From: Scyliorhinus canicula
Taxonomy: Eukaryota
NCBI RefSeq assembly: GCF_902713615.1
Contig: NC_052147.1
Coordinates: forward strand, 166,512,410 to 166,576,409
Reading direction: 5' to 3'
Length of the DNA: 64,000 bases
Shown here: in pieces, positions 50,401-64,000 of the stretch
How positions within the stretch are numbered: the first letter of the stretch is position 1
Layout of the letters: every line of letters begins with the position of its first letter
Program-made: the position numbers and the translations under genes
The notes under the pieces: generated by a model
Database searches by the model: none
What the model was told of the DNA's origin: nothing
What the model saw: only the letters and a program-made list of their open reading frames with translations

Positions 50401-51856
50401 ACTATATTTGGACGTTTTGATGATGCCGCTGCCAGTACTTTCGTAAATCTATTGACATGCTTATCAATGATACAAGATTCAGAAAAGTTTGATGCAAAAA
50501 AAACATGAAGCAAATGTTTTACTTCAAAGTCTTCTAAAGTTTGAAACCATATTGACAATATGAAATATATACTTACTTGTATATATTTGAAACTACAACC
50601 CCGTTATCAAGTTATCTACAGACAAGTGGTTTAGATATGTTTACTGCATGGAGTTTGGTAGATTCAGCTACAACAAAGTTGAAGGAACAGACAAGAACAT
50701 TTGATAATGTTCACAGCAAGGCTTTGGAATTTGTAAATAAATGTAATGACAGGATTTCATGGATGAAAATCAAACATTGGAAATTGATGCGTTGGAAACA
50801 GCATTGCCAGTTAAGAGGCAGAGGAAGAAGAAGAGAATGGCAGATGAGCTTATTGATGATGAAAGAAATTCCTCACATTCTCTAGCTGATTTTCGAGTAA
50901 ATGTGTTTAACCTAATAATGGATTGCATTGTCCAGTTACTAGAATCACGCTTTGTACAACACAAACAGTTGTATAAAGATTTGTCCTGCTTGGACCCAGC
51001 AAAGTTTAAAACTATTGCAGAGAAGTGCCTTGAAGGTGAAGCATTGGAAGGTATTATTAATCTGTTTTCACAAATCAGCAAAGATCAAGTAATATTGGAA
51101 TTGTTTTATTTTGCTTCAAACTTTGATGTATTAAAGCTCTTGCTTAATGATGGTGAGACTATGGATTCCAGTTGCAACAATTGTAAAATTTGCAGCACTT
51201 GCCCATCGTGTGTACTAGAAATTCTGGCATCCAACAGACTTCATGACAAGGCATATGATAACCTTTATGAACTTTATAAAGTCATCTGCACGCTATCAGT
51301 TACTCAAGTCCAATGTGAGAGGACATTTTCAAAGCTAAAGATCACAAAGACAAGGTTACGAAATTTGCTGTCTGAGGAGAATTTGGAATCATACATGTTG
51401 CTATCCATTGAAAAGGAATTGTTAGATGAATTGGATGCAGAAGCAATTATTGGCAGATTCGCACAATCATCTAGCGAACACAAACGGTTGCTCTTAATAC
51501 AGTGGACTGCATGCAATGCTCTATTGTGCTTTTGAACTATCTGTTAATGTGTAAATTGTGCAGTAAAGTATTAAAAAAATCAACCAATTACTTAAAATTT
51601 TAAAAATAAATAAAAAATTCAATTATAACATTCTGTATTTACATTTGGTATCTACTGCCAGTAATATGTACAGTACATGTACACTGTCATTAGTAAGAAA
51701 TACACATTTTTTCCACAAAAATGTTTTCCTTTTTTCCATATGTATTTTTTGAAAATTTTATTTATTCGTTATGAAAATTAACTGATAGCATTGTAGTTGT
51801 GGGTGGGCCCCCTTTGTCTCCTGGCAACCAATATTTTTAGACCCAGTCTGCCACTG
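47473..51856 (+). mobile_element. hAT DNA transposon (ZMYM1-like/Tip100-type), full length, defective
   Basis: TIRs CAGTGGCGGACTGG / CCAGTCTGCCACTG (13 of 14 match), subterminal GGGCCC motifs; no clear 8-bp TSD. Confidence 0.88.
48669..51535 (+). pseudogene. hAT transposase pseudogene
   Basis: TTF zinc finger (WLRY...LYCSYC), LPFRGH...GNFL, VDSTQD, CYAHVLNL, TRW, dimerisation motif CERTFSKLKITKTRLRN; several stops and frameshifts. Confidence 0.9.
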
Positions 51857-53036
51857 TTCACCTGCATTCAGAGGGCCCGAAATCTGGCACAAATTAAGAG
51901 GCCAAAGAAAAGCTGGTTGAAAATGCGACAAGTGTATCAGAGGAAGGAGCTTCATTCTCTATACAACCAGTGCTATAGTCAATCTATTAACGCACAGGTA
52001 ATGTAGTTAAGTAAGAAGATTGTCCAGTCACTTCTCACCTGAATGAGCTCAGAAAATACATGCCCTGCATGTTGAAGTCAGAATACTGGGTTGAAGACAG
52101 AATTGGATATTTAAGTGGCTGTCTCGGCAATGTTTGTATGTACCAGTGAAATGGTCACTGTTCAAACCATCTCACAGACATATGCGATGAAAGTCTCAGA
52201 AAGTATTCGGGCAATGGTTTTTTTATGTTTAAGAAGCCAAGAAAATAAATATTTTGATGTAATGAGGATGGTTAATGACAGAAGTGTCGAGGAGTGGAAG
52301 TAATCACATGAATGCCATTATTTTAAAGACATTGACAACCCATCACCTGGAGTGCACGTTTCAAATCATTAACATCCTAGTCACTTCACTTTCACTTTTT
52401 GGGTTCCAATCGAAATTGTAAGGAACCTTCATGCTTATTCCCTTTATTCCCCCTTTCTTTTACTTTGCTGTCCATATTTTGATCCACAGAAGATTAATGG
52501 ACATGTATCTTTAAGACAAGCAACATGTGTCTTTAGTTCAGTAGAAGAATCTAGAGGTTTAAGGAGAGATCATTTGTTGGTTTAAACTGGAGCTGCAGAC
52601 ATTTAGGCACCAGTGAGAGATGTGGGTTAGGATTCGGTTTGATTGCTTTGCCGGTGACCAATGAATTGGTCCAAAGGGCTGTGCTCTGCATGGTTACAGG
52701 TGGTGATTGAATATTATCCCACTGGTATGCAGTTCAGAGTCCCAGTCCCAAATTTTCAGTTTTGATTTTGTCAGCACAGAGAAAAGATCCAGTTTGCTAA
52801 CCCCAAAATGCTCCTATATGCACTGTGTGCGTGTTTGAGTGGGTAGGTGGGGTGGGTCCAGGGGGATGGGGGGGTGAGAGAATGTATTGCTATAACTACA
52901 GAGGCAAGTTAAAGTGGGAATTCGGGCATTAGCTAACAGGTAACCAGTTGTATTTTCTGCCTCAGCTCCTCGTCACTAACAAGGGGAAGCTATTTTTAAG
53001 TGCTTCCTCACCACTCACTCCAGTCAACATACAAGC

Positions 53037-53270
53037 ATGGCAGCGCGCAGACCTGCTCCTCGCTTTTGTGATGCCGACCAGGCCAAGCTTCTCAACGCTG
53101 TGAATGAGAGGCTTGACATCCCGTTCTTCCGAGGAGGTTGGACGACGAGCGGCAGGGTCACCAATTCTGCCTGGCAGGCAGTGGCAGCTGCTCTTAGTTC
53201 AGGCAGCAGGACAAGGAGGTGCTCCCTCCAATGTCAGAAGAAAACTAACGACCCCCAACGAGCTGCAAAG
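53037..53270 (+). pseudogene. Myb/SANT-like DNA-binding domain relic (Harbinger ORF, NAIF1/MSANTD-like)
   Basis: RPAPRF....KLLNAVNER...SAWQAVAAALS...RRCSLQCQKK.ND pattern. Confidence 0.7.
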
Positions 53271-53702
53271 ATCCGTTCCCACCTCACTCCTGGTATCAGG
53301 TCCACCTGCCACGCAGCAAATTCCCAAACCCACTCCCCACCACCAACAGATCACTATGTCTTGAAAAAAAATGCTTGAAATACCCAGAGAAATTAGATAA
53401 TCTCCTGTTGACAGTACAAGCTGTAGCAAGATCAGCAGAGGATTGGCACCGGCCCAGTTTTTCTGGAGGATCAGTCCACACATTTGCTGCTTCTCTATTT
53501 TTTCATTTTACTGATAATCACAAACCTGAGATCACTGTGGTGAGATATTGTGCAGGTGCCCACCGGATACGTCACACTGCTTTGAGCAGTTTCTGTCAAG
53601 AATTCGAAATAAGTGATTTAAACAAGATGACAGTGTAATAGAGAGTATTTATTATGTTGACAACTGATTCAATAAATTAAGATCATATTTTACAATGAAA
53701 AA

Positions 53703-55202
53703 CTAGAAATCCCTCATTCGCCTGAAAGATCCGATAGTTGAGTTGTAGCCGCCCCAGTCACTGTATCTCCTGTATTCACCGGGTCTCATGAAGTACTGTC
53801 GGCCTCTGTAGTTGGGATGTTCATAGAAGTTCCAGTAACCGTCCATCACATGGCAGGAGTGGATGTCACGGTAACGGAAACGATCCTGGACAGATGGGCA
53901 GTCATCCATGAATTCCATCATCTGTCCTCCAAAGTCAGGCCTCTCATAAATTCTCATTCTGTAGTTTCCACCTCGGTACTGTAATAGAAAACAGATTATA
54001 TTAATTATTAAATAATTAATATACATTTGTTATATGCAGTAAAAGAGAAACATTGTGAAGGAAGGAATATCATGGAGCCCAGATGATGAGATCAACAATG
54101 AGAACAAAGCTGAGATAATTTGTTAACGTCGATTCAAGAGGTTAATTATCTTTTAGACTTGTTACCAACAAGCAGCTCCTATCTAATTTTAAACAGTTAA
54201 TCAGTGATGTGTGTGTAAGAGTGCACAGGGCTGATATTAGTTGGTGCACACAGACAGAGGTTTATCAATATCAGTAATAATCTGTATATATTTCTGTTTC
54301 CTATTGTGATCAGCTTGTTTCTCTGTTTCTCTGTGTGGGAACAGCTTTCTCTTTCCTAGAAAGTATTAAACATTTACAATAAGATACAGTGAGTACGCAT
54401 ATGTCTGTCACCACATTGTTGCCAATCATGTCTCAGTCTATCTGCAGATGGCCTTATTATTTTCGGCAATGTAAATGCATCAATATGAATTTCAGTTCTA
54501 AATATTTGATTAATCGACAATAAATATATCTAATTACACCAGATTTTGCAATAGAGTGCCGACATGACACCCAGACGTAACCCCAGCTTGCATAACCAAT
54601 ACATTAAGGTCCATCTCACACAACTTAACAGTGTCTGAAAAATTATAAAATTAACTTAAGGCAGTGACCGAAAGACATGCCAGTGGATTGGTAAGTCAGG
54701 CTGGATGTTTGACAGGGAGACAATTCATGACCTGTTAACCACCAGTGGCCTGATGACTCTTCAGAGCTGATGTGCATAAAGTCAAATGTTCAGCACACTG
54801 ATCATTTTCTAAGGCTCAGTATGGATATAAAATATAAATCACCAAAAGCAACTTACATATGGGTAGGTACGACATGACCTGATATTGTCATTGAATCCCA
54901 TCCAGCGCTGGTAGTCAGGATATTCTCCCCTGCTCAGAACATACTGGTATCCCATGTAATTGGGTTTCTCATACATCACCCACCAGTCACTCTCAACACG
55001 GACGGAGTTACAGCGGCTGAAGTAAGGGGACAGGTCAGCACAGTCACTGCTGCACTCATAGTGCCGACCCTGGAAGTTCCTGTCCTCGTAAAAGATAATC
55101 TGTGGAAAAAGTCACAGGTTTGTAAATTAATAACTTGTCCATCTAGACTACGAAGAATTCTAATATAATATATAAATTCTGATTGATCCTTGCCTTCCCC
55201 AT
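53703..55202 (-). CDS. gamma-crystallin (shark gamma-crystallin S-1/gammaM-like), gene 3, 175 aa
   Basis: Exons 55202-55194 (MGK), 55099-54857 ([81 protein letters not shown]; missing from the ORF track, translated by hand), 53978-53703. Introns GC-AG 94 bp and GT-AG 878 bp; AATAAA at 53653-53648. Confidence 0.96.
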
Positions 55203-55261
55203 TTTGAGCTCAGAGTTTTAGCTTAGCAACTGACTATGTTTCACCACTTCACAGTTTGGTA

Positions 55262-55337
55262 TTTATATGTTGGACAGAATTGCCTCCCTGGACTGTACTT
55301 TTGTTATTTTAATGATTGCAATAGTTTGAACTCAGCA
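55262..55337 (-). promoter_or_regulatory. crystallin gene 3 proximal promoter (half-MARE, Sox-like, TATA)
   Basis: Minus strand: TTTTGTGCTGAG (TGCTGAG 55337-55331), AATAACAAAAG (55308-55298), TATAAA (55267-55262). Confidence 0.7.
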
Positions 55338-55889
55338 CAAAACAGCAAAACACATGTCACATACACTAAAGAGAACCATTTTAACGCACCTATGTAACAC
55401 TGAATGTGTTTTGCCTCCGTCTCATTTTAATTGTTGTATAAAGATGGCAACAATGCATTGGAATCCATTGTGTTTCCGATATTGTACAACACTTTCACTG
55501 ACATTCCTGAAGAGTTGGCACTACATATTCAACAGGTATGTTTCCAATAGTTCAGCGTAAGTGCTGAAACTGACTGCTAAACCGGTTAAGATGCAGATGT
55601 ACATTTTCAGAATAATGTGCTTTCTTTACAGCAGTCTACACAATGGCTGATGCATAATTACCTGTGTATTTTGCTTCCAGATTGTACTCCAAAGGCTATC
55701 GAACTTTTAGCAGCGCACGTAATTGTATGTTGATTCGATTTAGAAATTGACTTAGAGCCACGTATACCGAAGTGCAGTGAAAGTATTGTTCTAAGTACAG
55801 TCCAGGCACATCGCTCCACACATGAAAACAGAGAACATATGATAAATGCTTGATGTAACTACATAAACATAGACATCGGGTCTTGCATT

Positions 55890-56880
55890 TTAAAATTAAT
55901 TTATGTGATGTGGGAGTCGCTGGTTAGGTAAGCATTTATTGCCCATCCCTAGTTGCGCTTCTAAAGGTGGTGGTGAGTTGCCTTCTTGAACCGCTGCTGT
56001 CCTTGAGGTGTCAGTACACCACTGTTCTGTTCGGGAGGGGGTTACAAGTTTTTTGCACTAGCGACAGTGAAGAAAGTCAGGGTGATGTGTTACTTGGAGG
56101 GGAACCTTCAGATGGTGGGGTTCCCAGGCATCTGCTGCTCTTGTCCTTGTAGATGGTAGTGGTCATGGGTTTGTAAGGCACTGTCCAAGGAACGTTGGTG
56201 AATTGCTCCAGTGCATCTAGTAGATTGTACACACGGCTGCCATTGTTCATCCATGAATGTTTTGAATGTTAGTGGAAGGAGGAGCAATCAATGGGGCTGC
56301 TTTGTCCTGGATGGTGTCAAGCTTTTGAGTGTTGATGGAGTTGCACTCATCCAGGCAAGTGGAGAGTATTCCATTCCACTCCTGACTTGTGCCTTGTAGA
56401 TGGTGGACAGGCTTTGGGGGATCAGGAGGGAAGTTACTCACCTTAGGATTCCTAGCATTGACCTGCCCTAGTAGCCACAGTATTACTGTGGCTAGTCCAG
56501 TTCAGTTCTGATCGATGGTAAACCCCAGGATGTGGGGGATGCAGCGATGGTAATGCCATTGAATTTCAAGGGGCAGTGGTTAGAACCTCATTTGTAGGAT
56601 ATTGTCATTGCCTGCCACCTGTGAGGCATGCATGTAAATTGCACTTGTCAGCCCAAGCCTGTACATTGTCCAAGTCTTTCTTCATTTGTACATGAACTGC
56701 TTCATTATCTGGGTGGTCACTAATGGTGCTCAACATTGTGCAGTCATCTGCAAACATCCCCACTTTGACCTTATGATGGAAAGGAGGTCATTGATGAATC
56801 AGTTGAAGATGGTTGGGGTTCGGACACAACCCTGAGGAACTACTGCACCGATGTCCTGGAGCTGAGATTATTGACCTCCA
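55890..56880 (-). mobile_element. CR1/L2-group LINE 3' fragment
   Basis: YKAQVRS.MEYSPLAWMSA and KLDTIQDKAAPLI C-terminal RT residues. Confidence 0.65.
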
Positions 56881-57874
56881 ACTTCATTTGTGCATATGGA
56901 GTATTGTGCTATGACTGTAGCAAAGATATTTCAAAAGATCAACTCAATCCATAAGAGGGCCATTCAGGAGTCTGGTAACAGCAGGGAAGAAGCTGTTTAT
57001 GAATCTATTGGTGCATGATATTATGTTGCAGCATTTTAACAAATTCAGTTTACCTGAAGGCACATTAGAACAATAAACAGAACAATAGAACGTCAGGTGT
57101 TAGTGTGAGCAAATTCATTTTTAGAATGTTTGTTCTAAAGTGGGAAGCGGGGAGCTGAATTCTTCACCAAATAAAAATCAATGAAGGAGGAAAGAGGCTC
57201 TGGGTGACTGAAACATAACATAATTTTGACATAATGGCAAATTCTGTTACCAGATGTGACATCCTCAAGCTCAGAAACAGCAATGTGACAGAGTTATTGA
57301 ATCACAAAATGTGGATCATGGATCATCCCACTCCATCTGCTGTGTTCTTTCAATGAGTTATCCAATTAGGCACAATCCTCCACACTTTTCCAGAAGTTCC
57401 AACTTTTTCCTTTTCATCCAAAAGTCAATAAAAGAAATCCAGTGATAAATAAAGAGATAAGTGACAATATTAAAATAAAGAAATTGCGTACAAAACTGGA
57501 ATCAAAGCAATGATACTGGTGACTTGGAAAGTGTTATATTATCTTGTGTAATATATGTTATTAATTTGCTTCTTACCAAGATGATCCTGTTATCGATGTT
57601 CATTAACACTCGAACTCTTCCAGTTAAAGCAAATTATTTATTGAGCAACGTTAACAAATATACTGTGAGTTTGTTCTCTCTTCAAAAACTAAAGTGGAGA
57701 TTAAATAAACAAGATTAAATATATATTAACAATGATTCGCAACACCTGCACTCTGAACTATCTCTCTCTACCTCTGGTTACTCGTCACTACATCCATGAA
57801 GAGGCGGGAACCCGGTTTGTGTCGATCTTTTATTTTTCAAAATTTTTTTTATTAGGGTATTCATAGTTTTATAG

Positions 57875-58445
57875 TGTCTTTTGAGAGCACCTTTAAGAAA
57901 TAGGTGTTTATTACTGCAGTGATGTCATAGAGTAGGTGGAGCTGGACTGGCTGTCAGCTTTTTCCTTTGTTTTCGGCTGTTTGCTGAAGGGTGTGATTTA
58001 GAGCAGGATAGCTGCAGTCACAGCCAGAAGGTGTATTACAGTCTCTCTCTGTAATCTAAAGAATTTAAATCGATCCTTTGGTGATTTAAAGCTAATAACT
58101 GCTCTTAGTAGTGACTTTAACCTGATGTGCTTCTGCTGAAAGTTTTCTTTTAAGTCTTCTCAATGTTAAAAGGACAGCTTAAGAATTACTTAGTGTTGTA
58201 TTCTTTGGGGGTTGTATTTGAATTAATGGTTGCTGAGATGTTCACTGTATGTTTTAAAAAGGTTAACTTGAGTTCATAGAATAAACATTGTTTTGCAGTA
58301 AAAAGATACTTTTCCATTTCTGCTGTACCACACCTGTAGAGTGGGCTGTGTGCTCCCCATACCACAATCTATTAAAAGTTGTCTATTAAAATCTGGGTCA
58401 GGTGAACTCCATGATACACTTTGGGGTTCTCTAAACCCCATAACA
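57875..58445 (+). mobile_element. solo LTR inside the L1 3' UTR
   Basis: TG...CA, 4-bp TSD ATAG, AATAAA; same family as 11277-11855. Confidence 0.85.
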
Positions 58446-60242
58446 ATAGTAATAACAATAACAACGACATGAACATAGTATGTAAGACATTTCCATCCCT
58501 GACACGATCCTCAAGCCTCCAATCAATGAAACAATAGCTTAAACCATCCCCGCCCCTAGATCTCTGCCTCTGCTGACATTTAATTTGCCCCGAAAAAGTC
58601 GACAAATGGCTGGCACCTCCGGACGAACCCTAACATTGACCCTCGAAGGGCAAACTTTATTTTCTCAAGACTGAGAAACCCAGCCATGTCGCTAACCCAG
58701 GTCTCTGATTTTGCGGGCTTTGTGTCACTCCACATTATCAGTATCCATCTCCGGGCTACCAGGGAGGCAAAGGCCAAAATGTCAGCCTCTCCCGCCCCCT
58801 TGTCTCCCGCCTCTTACGACACTCCAAAGATCGCCACCTCCGGACCTGGCACCACCCTTGATTCATGTACCATGGAGATGACATCAGCGAAACCGTGCCA
58901 AAAATCCTCTAAACTTGGGGAGGCAGCGCCAACCCACCCTCCCACCAGCTACGCTTCGACAACACTTTCTTCACTCGCGGGGTTTTGCCCACCCACACAA
59001 AGCCCAAAAATCAGCCTATTTACCCGTTTTAAAATGGCCCTCGGGATAAAATGGGGAGGCACTGAAAAACAAACAGAAATCTGGGGAAGGCCGTCATTTT
59101 CACGGTCTGTACTCTCCCCGCCAGTGACAGCGGGAGCATGTGCCATCTCCTAAAGTCCTCCTTCATTTGCTCTATAAGCCGGGACAAGTTTAGCTTGTGC
59201 AATGTCTCCCATTCCTGTGCCACCTGTATTCCCAGATAGCGAAAGCTCATTCCCACCATTCTAAACGCCAGCTCTCGAATTCTCCTGTCCTGCCCCCTCG
59301 ACTGGATCGCGAACATCTTATCTTAGCCCATATTCAATTTATACCCGAAAACTGACCGAATTCCCCTAGGATCCACATAACCCAGCCCCCTTAACGGGTC
59401 AGAAATATACAGGAGCAGGTCATCCGCGTAAAGCGAGACCCCCGGACCAGCCATTACCAGTTCCTAGAAGCTCTTAACTCCATAGCCAATAGCTCCATAG
59501 CCAGACCTAACAATAGCAGGGAGAGGAGACACCCTTGCCTTGTCCCCCGGTGCAGCTTAAATTAGCCCGACATCAGCCGATTCATTTGCACGCTTGCTAC
59601 TGGTGCTTGATAGAGCAACCGCACCCAATCAATGAAGCCCTGTCCAAAACCGAACCTTCCTAAAACCTCCCACAAATAATTCCACTCCACCCGTTCAAAG
59701 GCCTTCTCTGCGTCCATCGCAACCACCACCTCAACCTCCCCCCTCTCTGAGAGAGTCATGATTACGTTTAGGAGCCTTCTAACATTGGCCGTAAGCTGCA
59801 TGCCCCTCACAAAGCCCGCCTGGTCTTCCCCTATCACCTCCGGAACTCAGTCCTCTATCCTTGTGGTCAAAATTTTAGCCAGCAGTTTGGCGTCCACATT
59901 CAATAGGGAGATTGGCCTGTATGACCCGCATAGCTCAGGGTCCTTCTCCCTCTTCAGATTCAATGAGATCAAGGCCTGTGACATTGTTGGAGGAAGGACA
60001 CCCCGCTCCCTTGCCTCATTAAATGCTCTCACCATCAGCGGGCCCAACATCTGCGAGAACATCTTGTAAAATTTCACTGGAAGCCGTCCAGTCTCGGGGC
60101 CTTACCCGACTGCATGGCCTCCAGCCCCTCCATTATTTCCTCATTTTTAATTGGGGCCCTCAACCCTTCCACCAGTCCTTCCTCCACCTTCGGGAACTTC
60201 AACTGACCCAGGTACTGCCTCATCCCCTCCATCCAATAGGTA

Positions 60243-61740
60243 TATACCGCAAGGCAAGAGTCATATTTGGGAAAAGGCAATTATGATGCGATGAGGCAAG
60301 ACTTAGGATGCATCGGCTGGAGTGGAAAACTCCTTGTTCAAGAAGGGAAGTAGTGATAACCCCGGTAACTATAGACCACTGAGCCTTACTTCTGTTGTGG
60401 GCAAAGTCTTGGAAAGGTTTATAAGAGATAGGATGTATAATCATCTGAAAAGGAATAATTTGATTAGAGATAGTCAACATGGTTTTGTGAAGGGTAGGTC
60501 GTGCCTCACACACCTTATTGAGTTCTTCGAGAAGGTGACCAAACAGGTGGATGAGGGTAAAGCAGTTGATGTGGTGTATATGGATTTCAGTAAAGCGTTT
60601 GATAAGGTTCCCCACGGTAGGCTATTGCAGAAAATATTGAGGCATGGGATTCAGGGTGATTTAGCAGTTTGGATCAGAAATTGGCTAGCTGGAAGAAGAC
60701 AAAGGGTGGTGGTTGATGGGAAATGTTCAGACTGGTGTCCAGTTACTAGTGGTGTACCACAAGGATCTGTTTTGGGGCCACTGGTGTTTGTCATTTTTAT
60801 AAATGACCTGGAGGAGGACGTAGAAGGATGGGTGAGTAAATATGCAGATGACACTAAAGTCGGTGGTGTTGTGGACACTGCAGAAGGATGTTACAAGTTA
60901 CAGAGGGACATAGATAAGCTGCAGAGCTAGGCTGACAGGTGGCAAACGGAGTTTAATGCAGAAAAGTGTGAGGTGATTCATTTAGAAAGGAATAACAGTA
61001 CGACAGAGTACTGGGCTAATGGTAAGATTCTTGGTAGTGTGGATGAGCAGAGAGATCTCGGTGTCCATGTTCATAGATCCCTGAAAGTTGCCACCCAGGT
61101 TGAGAGGGTTGTTAAGAAGTCGTACGGTGTGTTAGCTTTTATTGGTAGAGGAATTGAGTTTCGGAGCCCTGAGGTCATGTTGCAGTTGTACAAAACTCTC
61201 GTGCGGCCACATTTGGAGTATTGCATGCAGTTCTGGTCGCCGCATTATAGGAAGGATGTGGAAGCATTGGAAAGGGTACAGAGGAGATTTACAAGGATGT
61301 TGCCTGGTATGGAAGGAAGACCTTATGAGGAAAGGCTGAGGGACTTGAGGCTGTTTTCATTAGAGAGAAGAAGGTTAAGAGGTGACTTAATTGAGGCATA
61401 CAAGATGATCAGAGGATTAGATTGGGTGGACATTGAGAGCCTTTTTCCTCGGATGGTGATGTCCAGTACGAGGGGACATAGCTTTAAATTGAGGAGAGAA
61501 AGATATAGGATAGATGTCAGAGGTAGGTTATTTATTCAGAGAGTAGTAAGGGTGTGGAATGCCCTGCCTGCAGCAGTAGTGGACTCGCCAACACTAAACA
61601 CGTTCAAATGATCATTGGATAAACATATGGATGATAAGGGAATAGTGTAGAGGGACTTTAGAGGGCTTTCACAGGTCGGCGCAACATTGAGGGCCGAAGG
61701 GCCTGTACTGCGCTGTAATGTTCTATGTTCTATGTTCTAT
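60243..61740 (+). mobile_element. CR1 LINE 3' part nested in L1
   Basis: RT motifs [23 protein letters not shown]; (TTCTATG)n tail. Confidence 0.92.
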
Positions 61741-63894
61741 CCCACCCCGGGGTTCCGACTCATATAGCTTGTTATATAACTCCTTAAACACCCCATTCAC
61801 CCCTACTGGGTCCAAGGCCGCGTTCCCACTTCTGTCCTTTACTCTCCCTATCTCCCCAGCCACCTCCCTTTTCCTCAGTTGATGTGCTAGTATCCTATTG
61901 GCCTTCTCCCCATATTCATATACTGCCCCACTTGCCTTCCTCAATTGCTCCACCGCCTTCCCGCAGATAACAGCCCCAACTCCAACTGGAGCCTCCGCTG
62001 CTCCTACAGTAACCCCGCCTCCAGGACCTCCAAATATCTCCTATCCACCTGGAGTATCTCCCCAACCAACTTATCCATTTCTGCTTGTTCCATGGTTTCT
62101 CCATGGGCCAAATCAAGATTAACTCCCCTCTAACCACTGCCTTCAGAGCTTCCCACACCGTTGCTGCCAAGACTTCCCCCGTATCATTTATTTCCAAATA
62201 GTTCTGGATGGACTTGCTCACCCGCCCGCACACCCCCTCATCTGCTAATAGTCCCACATCCAACCTCCATAGCGGGCGCTGCCCTCTCTCCTTACTCACC
62301 CGTAAATCCATCCAATGTGGGGCATGGTCCGACACAGTGAGCGCTGAATACTCGGTATCAACCACCCCCAGCACTAACACCCTGATCAGGATAAAAAGGT
62401 TGATCCTAGAATATATTTTGTGCACATAGGGAGAAAAAAGAAAGCTCCTTCACTCTTGGCCGTCCAAACCTCAATGGATCAACCCCCCAAACTGCTCCAT
62501 GAACCCCTTTAGTTCCTTCGCTACGGCTGGCACCCTCCCTGTCTTAGATTTTGACTGGTCCAACCCTGGGTCAATGACCGTATTAAAACCTCCTCCCATG
62601 ATCAACTTATGTGACTCTAGGTCCAGAATCTTACCAAACACCCGCCTCATAAATTCAACATTGTCCCAATTTGTTGCATATATATTCACAGGTACCACCC
62701 ACTCACCATGATGTACCTGCCACCCCCCCCCCCCCCCCCCCCCCCCCCCGCCACATCCTACACAATTCTCCCTGCCTCGAATGCCACCCATTTGCTGATC
62801 AGGATCGTGACCCCCCGGTCTTAAAGTCCAGCCCTGAATTAAATGCTTGGCCGTTGCACCCCTTCCTCAGTCTGTTCTGGTCTATAACGTTCAGGTGTGT
62901 CTCTTGTAACATTGTCACGTCCACCTTCAGTCCCCTCAGATGCATGAACACATGAGCCCTCTTAACTAGCACATTTAGCCCTCTGGCGTTCCAAGTGATC
63001 AGCCTAGTCGAGGGGCTTCCTGCCCCCTCCTCGTGCCGATCAGCCATCACCCTTCATAGGTCAGCCTCCAGATCACGACCCTCGCTTCCGTGGGCCTGCC
63101 CTCGGGCATCTGCCGTCCTTGACCTCCCTTTTGTCCCCAAGCAACAGTTCCTCCCCTGTCAGCAGAGCAGCTCACCCCACCCCTATTAGCAGCATCACAA
63201 TCCCAACCCCCCCATACCAAGCGTATCACCTGCTCACCCCCCACTGCGCTTCCGTGAACTAGCTCACCTAGTAGCCTGGTAGCTCCCGCCCATGACATCA
63301 GACACCCTATCTCCCTACTGTTCTCCCTCCTTCCCCCCGCTCAGACATCCATATTCAGAGCATCACAGTCCCCAGTAAACAAACAGCAGAAAAAATCCCC
63401 CCACCCATCACCCATCCAGAACAGATTTAAATTACATTTCTGAGCAACTGCTCAAACACTTTATCAAACTAAAACCAAAGAAAAAGGAAGGAGCAAAAAA
63501 ACAAGATAATCCCTTGTTGCAGAGAGCATTGCATATCCAGAACCTTACATAAATAAATTTAAACCAAATCGATCCTGCAATGCCCTCCCCCAAGATTCAG
63601 TCTCCTTCGACCCCTGCCAGCCTTTTGTCCTTGATGAAGTTTATTGCTTTGCCTGGTGATTCAAAGTAAAGTTCCTGGCCCACAAAAGTGACCTACAGAC
63701 ACGTTGGATATAACATCCTGAACTTCACCCCCTTCTTGAAGAGGGCTGATTTTGCCCTGTTAAATCCGGCTCGCCTTTTGGCCAGTTCCACGCCCAGGTC
63801 CTGGTAGATGCGCAACTCACAGTTCTCCCAGTTGCAGCTCTATCTCTGCTTGGCCCACCGCAAATCTGTTCCTTGTGCAGGAACCGGTGCATTC

Positions 63895-64000
63895 ATAGAA
63901 CATAGAACATAGAACAGTACAGCACAGAACAGGCCCTTCGGCCCTCGATGTTGTGCCGAGCAATGATCACCCTACTCAAAACCACGTATCCACCCTATAA
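63895..64000 (-). mobile_element. CR1-type 3' tail (element continues beyond the window)
   Basis: (CATAGAA)n then ACAGGCCCTTCGGCCC; nearly identical to the 8415-8505 insert. Confidence 0.8.

Larger units (their letters stand above)
57830..63895 (-). mobile_element. L1-clade LINE (ORF1 end, endonuclease, RT, A-rich tail), decayed and interrupted
   Basis: LITWNARGLN...LQETH, SDH, YRPISLLNVDAKLLAKIL, DQAGFV, DAEKAF, YADDL; ORF1-like LRIYQDLG near 63800. Confidence 0.9.

Noticed and set aside
48669-51535. Host ZMYM1-like gene
   Set aside because: Bounded by TIRs and broken by stops and frameshifts; a dead transposase

Overview
Eukaryotic vertebrate DNA, most likely an elasmobranch (shark), inferred from the crystallin sequence and the V-SINE/CR1 repeat content. 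The window holds three intact 3-exon gamma-crystallin genes of 175 aa each: two on + (6424-9232, 32017-35938) and one on - (53703-55202). All three have a GC-AG first intron of exactly 94 bp and share a MARE-like/Sox/TATA promoter block. Genes 1 and 2 lie in a ~16 kb tandem segmental duplication. The spacer between the two units is built from inverted relics of the same unit, which lack a crystallin gene. The rest is nested transposable elements: a short-LTR Gypsy family (4 pieces, 3 of them from one insertion), solo LTRs, CR1, L1, RTE-like and Rex1-like LINEs, V-SINEs, a Deu-domain SINE, a hAT transposon and PIF/Harbinger relics. The most novel signal is in the Gypsy family. It has no tRNA primer-binding site; instead the sequence directly after the 5' LTR is an 11-16 nt reverse complement of the LTR segment ending in AATAAA, suggesting self-primed reverse transcription and/or poly(A)-signal masking. 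The crystallin exons also show concerted evolution. Identity values are hand estimates; no searches were run.
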